Of a stretch of DNA of 32,000 nt, positions 28,231 through 32,000 are shown one piece after another (positions within the stretch are counted from its first letter, which is position 1; every line of letters starts with the position of its first letter). The DNA comes from Halomicronema hongdechloris C2206 (lineage in GTDB: Bacteria > Cyanobacteriota > Cyanobacteriia > Phormidesmidales > Phormidesmidaceae): NCBI RefSeq assembly GCF_002075285.3, contig NZ_CP021983.2:4080001-4112000 (forward strand), read 5' to 3'. A program made the translations under genes and the position numbers. The notes under the pieces are model-generated. The model worked only from the letters and a program-made list of their open reading frames with translations. It was not told where the DNA came from and ran no database searches.

Positions 28231-28812
28231 ATGCTTACCAGTGTTCATCGACTCCTGTTCATCCGAGGTGTGCCCATCTTTAAGGAACTGCGGGATGATT
28301 TTCTGGTGCGCCTGGCGTCGGTGATGGAAGAAGTCTCCTTTGGTAGCCACGATACCGTTATCGTCGAGGGGCAAGAAGGGCGAGCCCTTTACATCTTGGT
28401 ATCTGGACGATTAAGTGTTCATTTGAAGGGACAAGAGTTGGCCCAACTAGAACCGGGGGCTTGCTTTGGTGAGATGTCTGTCTTTGATGCAGAACCCCGG
28501 TCCGCCTCGGTAACTACCTTAGATCCCTGTGACTGTTTGGTCCTCACCCAACAGCAACTCTATGACGCCATTGAGGAAACCCCAGACATTGCTGTTAATA
28601 TCATTCGGCTTCTCTCTCGCCGGATTCGAGAACTTAACCAAGACCTCAATCAACACAAGCAAGCAGCCAGCCCTACCCCTACTTCTCCCTCGCTAGACCA
28701 CCAGCCCTTAACGACAGAACTGTCTGTTGCGTCTCCCCTCAGCTGGTTATCGGGTCAGGGAGAGGTTACGTCGAAGACTGGGGATTTTCCCTACGGTCGC
28801 TCATTGAACTAA
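28231..28812 (+). CDS. Stand-alone cyclic-nucleotide-binding (CNB/CAP-effector) domain protein with no DNA-binding domain
   Basis: 193 aa. The beta-roll reads IFKELRDDFLVRLASVMEEVSFGSHDTVIVEGQEGRALYILVSGRLSV, with the phosphate-binding cassette FGEMSVFDAEPRSASVTT. A C-helix is followed by a ~55-aa P/S/T-rich tail instead of an HTH. Confidence 0.85.
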   Translation: MLTSVHRLLFIRGVPIFKELRDDFLVRLASVMEEVSFGSHDTVIVEGQEGRALYILVSGRLSVHLKGQELAQLEPGACFGEMSVFDAEPRSASVTTLDPCDCLVLTQQQLYDAIEETPDIAVNIIRLLSRRIRELNQDLNQHKQAASPTPTSPSLDHQPLTTELSVASPLSWLSGQGEVTSKTGDFPYGRSLN

Positions 28813-28978
28813 TTCGAAACGGCTCGGCGACAGCTTGAAAAGACCGTGAATGGGGGAGTGAAGTGAACGACGGCTTTCCACACCTCGACTAGGCGTGGAA
28901 AGTCTGCAGCCTCAACGGAAAAAGTCTGGGTTTGCAATGGCATTGCAGTCAAACTAAACATAGACAGTACCGTTTGGT

Positions 28979-29389
28979 TTATGGAATGAGCGGTATGCCC
29001 AACTGCCGAGCCTGCGACGCAGCATCCCTTGCACCCCAACGGCGCTTAATTTTACCGTTCTCTATCTCGAACCATTCCATCGCAACCAGTTCGTACGACT
29101 TGCCAGTTGGCTGGTTTCCAAAGGCAGCCACATGAAAAGTTCCCGTCTCTACGTACCTCGCAGCTACAACGTTTCCCTCCGCTATTAGGCTCTGGACGTT
29201 GAGCTGCATGCCGTAGCCCTCGATTAATTGTCGCCAGATCGGCGCGATTTTCTCAAAACCACCCTCGTCGAGCACTCCTTGTATCTCGACGTCCTCAGTG
29301 AGTAATGACTTCAGCGCGTCTAGGTCACCTCGATTGAATGCCTCTACATATTGGCGAACTACTGCCTTAGACTCTTCTTCGATTGACAT
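28979..29389 (-). CDS. SnoaL-like / ester-cyclase (NTF2-fold) family protein
   Basis: 136 aa. The N-terminus SKAVVRQYVEAFNRGDLDALKSLLTEDVEI and the later ...IAEGNVVAARYVETGTFHVAAFGNQPTGKSYELVAMEWFEIENGKIKRRW are characteristic of SnoaL_2/ester cyclases. Confidence 0.7.
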   Translation of the reverse strand: MSIEEESKAVVRQYVEAFNRGDLDALKSLLTEDVEIQGVLDEGGFEKIAPIWRQLIEGYGMQLNVQSLIAEGNVVAARYVETGTFHVAAFGNQPTGKSYELVAMEWFEIENGKIKRRWGARDAASQARQLGIPLIP

Positions 29390-29579
29390 CGTTTTTCCTC
29401 GCAGTGATTATTTCAGTACTTAGCGTCGTTATTAGCGACAGGAGTCGGGGACGATTAGGAAACAGTCAAAAAAAAATCACTGAAAGCCTTACTAATAAGG
29501 AATTTCGAGGATTTTTGAGCTTATTCCCCAACAACTCTATTAAGTTCTGATCTGGTGCATGCTCTTATTGGGCTACGCC

Positions 29580-30308
29580 TCATTCAGAGAGTTCTTCGGC
29601 CAGGGCTTGTAGCAACTTGGCTCCATCACCTTGCCACGCGCTTCCGTGCATACAAGCAAGTACTCTCGGCTTGGTTGAGGCCAATCGCTCTAACATCTCT
29701 CGCCCATTCTTCGTGTGCGAGTAGTAGTCCATCTGCTGTCGAAAGACCTCGCTCGGCCCCAGGATGTCTGATGCTATCAGGGGAGGTAAGTCTGCCCCCC
29801 CCTGCGTGAACAGATCTCCGCAGAACAATGTCTTCGTAGCCTCTTCCATCAAATAGCCACACTCCCAGGCATGGGGCAGGTGCGGCGTGTCAAACCATCG
29901 GACCGAGTGTTTCCCAACTGAGAGTACCTCTCCATCCGCGAGTGCATGGGGAGCCCGATCTGCCATGTCTTCGATGGATACCATGGCTGCAATCTTGCCG
30001 CAGACTGGAATAGCGTGGGGAGCAGCCGCTAGCCATTCATTCAGTGAGCCACATTCATCGGCCTCTACATGGGAAAACGCGATGTATCTCAGCCTCTCGA
30101 TAGGGATTAATTTGGCAACGGCCTCATGGATCATTGGAAACAGCTTGCGGAGGCCCGTGTGAAATAGCAGCGGCTCCTCATCCACGATCAGGTACTGGTT
30201 AAAGGAGAAGCCGGGTACTGGGGTGTTTATCCGGTAAATACCGTCAGCAACTTCATACAGGTTAGTTCCAGATTGTGTGTTGGTCACTGTCGTGTGGGTC
30301 ACTATCAT
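29580..30308 (-). CDS. Stand-alone metallo-beta-lactamase-fold protein with an H-x-E-x-D (di-iron, flavodiiron-core-like) motif
   Basis: 242 aa. A GGAGGT lies 8 nt upstream of the ATG at 30308. The N-terminus YEVADGIYRINTPVPGFSFNQYLIVDEEPLLFHTG resembles the start of flavodiiron/ODP-type lactamase domains. The metal motif reads AFSHVEADECGSL instead of HxHxDH, and further His/Asp ligand candidates occur in FDTPHLPHAWE and FCGDLF. Confidence 0.7.
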   Translation of the reverse strand: MIVTHTTVTNTQSGTNLYEVADGIYRINTPVPGFSFNQYLIVDEEPLLFHTGLRKLFPMIHEAVAKLIPIERLRYIAFSHVEADECGSLNEWLAAAPHAIPVCGKIAAMVSIEDMADRAPHALADGEVLSVGKHSVRWFDTPHLPHAWECGYLMEEATKTLFCGDLFTQGGADLPPLIASDILGPSEVFRQQMDYYSHTKNGREMLERLASTKPRVLACMHGSAWQGDGAKLLQALAEELSE

Positions 30309-30407
30309 GGCGTCTTACCTCCGCAACGAGTGTAGGAAAGTACATGAGTTGAGCAGCCTAACGGTCGTGGGCAGTGGCTGTGAGTTTTTTTAACTGGCAA
30401 TCCTTTC

Positions 30408-30858
30408 AGATCTTTTCTGCATCGCTGTAGGCTTCAATGGTTGTAAATTCGCGCTTTTTACCCGGAAACGCCGCGAAAATCTGCCGATGGCGGTTGAGGC
30501 CATATTCGTCTGCTCGTGTTTCGTATTGCTTGACCCATTCGATCAGCTGATCGAGCATTGCTTGTTGCTGCGCAGACGTGTCGAACTTTTCGGGTTCCCA
30601 AGGTTGCTGTCGGCAATGAGCGACGCAAACATCAATGCCTGGGTTGAGAAACCACAGCTCATCGCAGTGGGGTAGAACGGCTTCAATCAGGTCGCTGTAG
30701 CAGCCTTCGATAATCCAATGGTGGTGCTGAGCAAGAAACTGTTGAAGCAGCTCCAGGCAATTTCATCCAGGGATAGACGGGCAATGGCGATCGCCAATCA
30801 GTCGTCGAGCCATCGTGCTTTTGCCAGCACCGGCGTTACCTAGCAGCACAATTTTCAT
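30408..30858 (-). pseudogene. P-loop NTPase (adenylate/shikimate-kinase-like AAA) gene interrupted by an in-frame TGA
   Basis: The ATG at 30858 has AAGGA 7-8 nt upstream and gives MKIVLLGNAGAGKSTMARRLIGDRHCPSIPG, then a TGA at 30765-30763. The same frame continues without a stop for ~118 codons: NCLELLQQFLAQHHHWIIEGCYSDLIEAVLPHCDELWFLNPGIDVCVAHCRQQPWEPEKF...FPGKKREFTTIEAYSDAEKI, ending in a TGA at 30410-30408. Around the break the +1 frame reads RLSLDEIAWS, which looks like the expected family sequence. This suggests compensating indels or a deletion as well as the stop. Confidence 0.55.
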
Positions 30859-30968
30859 AGCTAATCCTTCAACTCCGTCAAAATGGCGACGGCTATACAT
30901 CAATGGCATCACGCGCGATGGATGAGGTGAGGCTAGAGGGTATTGAGACAGGGGAGGGCACGTCATTG

Positions 30969-31394
30969 TCATACCTTCAAGGGGAGAGAGGGGTCCATGC
31001 CAGGTGGCCACGCCGCAGATTGGGGTAACCCATCGGTAATCTCATACCACGGGGCTTTGGAATCCACGAAAATGTGCTCTTCTGGACGCACCCCTGGATC
31101 GCCATCGATTGTGGCCAAGACCACCTCGGTGACGTTGCCCGCTTCAGTGCTGACCAGGTGAGAGCCGCACTGCCGGCAAAAGCACCGCTGCCGGCCCGGC
31201 GATGATTCGTATCCCTGGACCAATTCCAGCCCCGATGTCCACCGAAACTGTTCGGAGTTGATAAGCGTCCAGGTAACAAAGGCCGCCCCGTGAGCTTTTC
31301 TGCAAATAGAACAGTGGCAATGCCCGGTCGGGCCTAGCGGGCCGGTGATCTCATAGCTCACGGCTTTACATAAACAACTGCCTCCAAGGGTCAT
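30969..31394 (-). CDS. GFA (glutathione-dependent formaldehyde-activating / CENP-V) family zinc protein
   Basis: The ORF is open from 31466. The ATG at 31394 is preceded by GGAGGT at 7 nt and gives MTLGGSCLCKAVSYEI...GHCHCSICRKAHGAAF...CFCRQCGSHL, the two Cys clusters of the GFA domain. Confidence 0.85.
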   Translation of the reverse strand: MTLGGSCLCKAVSYEITGPLGPTGHCHCSICRKAHGAAFVTWTLINSEQFRWTSGLELVQGYESSPGRQRCFCRQCGSHLVSTEAGNVTEVVLATIDGDPGVRPEEHIFVDSKAPWYEITDGLPQSAAWPPGMDPSLPLKV

Positions 31395-31599
31395 GTCAAT
31401 ACCTCCGATTGGGTGAATGGTTTGTGAAGATGGAGGCGGTTGAGTCGGGGTATAGAGATAAGCCATTGTCAGGCTCCCTGAATCAGATATTAGGTATGAA
31501 TATGGGTTGTGTTGAGGAATAGTTTTAGGTCTCGGTTTGAACTGGGTATGGGTGCTGATTAAATTGGTGCTTTAGATTGAGCAGCACCTAACCGGGGAT

Positions 31600-32000
31600 T
31601 TAGGCCATGCCATTTACAAGCCAGCGGGCGCAGTCTACTCCTAACTGGTCCAGGGCGATCGCTTCGTAGCGCTGGCTGTCTTCCGTGGACAGCATGTCTT
31701 TCCAACGACCATTTGTGCCCTTGTGGACGAAGGTTTGGGCACCCCCTTCCCAGAAAGTACCTCCCAGGGGAGCGCTTTTCTCGGCATGGCGCTTCATGTA
31801 ATCGAAGCTGCAGTGCTCAAGGATGGTGGGCCACTGGTTCTCGTCGATGGGAATATCGAGGAACGCGGCGATTTCGCGAATCTGACCCGGCATGTCGCGC
31901 TTCAGGTCGGCGTAGTGCAGCAGCATGACGTTGGGCAGGTGGCGGATGGCCCACCAGGTTTTGATGTTTTCCCAGAACGGCCAGAAGGGATAGCCGTCGT
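31600..32000 (-). CDS. Sulfotransferase domain protein, C-terminal part; the N-terminus lies beyond the window end
   Basis: The frame stays open upstream of the track's Met to the window edge (...DGYPFWPFWENIKTWWAIRHLPNVMLLHYADLKRDMPGQIREIAAFLDIPI...). The 3'-phosphate-binding-type motif is FVHKGTNGRWKDML. The stop is at 31600-31602. Confidence 0.8.
   Translation of the reverse strand, partial: DGYPFWPFWENIKTWWAIRHLPNVMLLHYADLKRDMPGQIREIAAFLDIPIDENQWPTILEHCSFDYMKRHAEKSAPLGGTFWEGGAQTFVHKGTNGRWKDMLSTEDSQRYEAIALDQLGVDCARWLVNGMA

Noticed and set aside
28876-28947. An 8-bp inverted repeat (CTTTCCAC...GTGGAAAG) and the 15-bp near-palindrome TGCAATGgCATTGCA between the convergent CNB and SnoaL-like genes.
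   Set aside because: They are probably weak bidirectional 3'-end structures. Neither is followed by a convincing U-run, and there is no promoter context to call an operator.
27715-30786. A 3-kb stretch without HIP1, considered as evidence that the 3' accessory cluster was horizontally acquired.
   Set aside because: A comparable HIP1-free gap occurs within clearly core genes (about 16175-20085), so the gap is not informative.

Overview
The window looks like a chromosomal segment of a cyanobacterium. The HIP1 palindrome GCGATCGC occurs about 16 times, roughly once per 2 kb. The gene content is typical: the crtP-crtB carotenoid pair, glyA, infC, ilvH, aroQ, cinA, recQ and an Rcp1-like receiver. 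About 85% is coding and most of it is conserved housekeeping or signalling genes. I found no rRNA, tRNA, CRISPR array, transposase, integrase, phage gene or recognisable defence or toxin-antitoxin module. I therefore do not claim a novel system here with any confidence. Six things seem worth a second look. (1) A 12-TM ATP:ADP-antiporter-like transporter is fused to a roughly 500-aa HEAT-repeat domain and followed by a stand-alone cyclic-nucleotide-binding protein (25086-28812). (2) The 447-bp leader of an nfeD-flotillin operon holds an unannotated 24-codon Cys/Gly-rich ORF with a strong Shine-Dalgarno and an in-frame 15-bp duplication. (3) A second unannotated 42-codon ORF lies upstream of aroQ. 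(4) Short 9-15 bp tandem duplications are unusually frequent in the non-coding spacers, and two of them reiterate an AGT-TAG stop codon in frame. (5) The 3' end of the window (28979-32000) is a minus-strand run of small accessory enzymes, including an MBL-fold protein with a di-iron-type HxExD motif and a P-loop gene broken by an in-frame TGA. (6) Paired palindromic 14-mers lie upstream of a wecA-like gene. All family assignments come from motifs I read in the translations. No database search was run.
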